From contig MU058198.1 of the NCBI GenBank assembly GCA_013265495.1, positions 5,099,779 to 5,163,778 on the forward strand: a DNA stretch of 64,000 nt, written 5' to 3'. Made by a program: the position numbers and the translations under genes. This DNA comes from Vicugna vicugna. Lineage: Eukaryota. This document shows, piece by piece, positions 63,568 through 64,000 of this stretch. Under the pieces are notes generated by a model. That model saw only the letters and a list, made by a program, of their open reading frames with translations, was not told the origin of the DNA and did not search any database. The number at the start of each line of letters is the position of its first letter. The first letter of the stretch is position 1.

Positions 63568-64000
63568 TAATTGTCATCCATGTCATTTACATAACAACAG
63601 CAACCATTTCTGTATGTATTGTATTCTACCAATTGTCTCATGCAATATTATTTCTTAATCCTTACAACATTTCTGATAAGCTTTACTTTTCCCCGTTTTG
63701 TAGATGAGGACATTGAGATCCACTAAGTGGGAGCATTATAAATTTCCCACACTTCTTGGATAGTTAAGCTAGGATTCTGGCCTTAACCTAGCTGGAAATC
63801 TTAACCAGCAGGTGTAGACTCTGCAAGACAGACCCACTTTGCTAGACACTAGTCTAGCTGCCCTCCTCTGTACCATCCCAATTCCTAGGGCAAAAGATTT
63901 TGGGAATTGGATCTTATTGAAAGGCATGCCATTATGCCTTCTAACGTTAAATTGCTACAACTGAATTCTTCCTGAGTAATGCTCGTTCACTCCTCTCAAT

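Overview
Mammalian genomic DNA, very probably a camelid (alpaca, llama or camel), judged by the many tRNA-Ala-derived Vic-1-type SINEs and no recognisable Bov-tA, BovB, Alu or B1 elements. The only convincing protein-coding sequence is the terminal coding exon of HS3ST4 (heparan sulfate glucosamine 3-O-sulfotransferase 4, + strand, 27016-27652), followed by a 3' UTR of about 1.2-1.4 kb. Bases 1-27015 are the end of the long preceding intron and the region after about 29.1 kb is intergenic. Both are dense in interspersed repeats: 5'-truncated L1s, tRNA-Ala SINEs, solo ERV1-type LTRs, MaLR (MLT1) LTRs, hAT and Tigger DNA-transposon fossils, and L2/MIR fragments. The other ORFs in the track look repeat-derived or spurious. 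I found no new multi-gene biological system. The best second-look items are small: a 163-bp orphan retro-insertion with a 15-bp target-site duplication (TSD) and an apparent exon/intron junction, a tailless tRNA/SINE fragment inside a Tigger element, an intronic CpG-rich patch that may reflect GC-biased gene conversion, an L1 with a micro-inverted 5' end, and a degenerate 13-bp minisatellite. Repeat family names were assigned by eye from remembered consensus sequences and need Dfam/RepeatMasker confirmation. Boundaries of old repeats are approximate.
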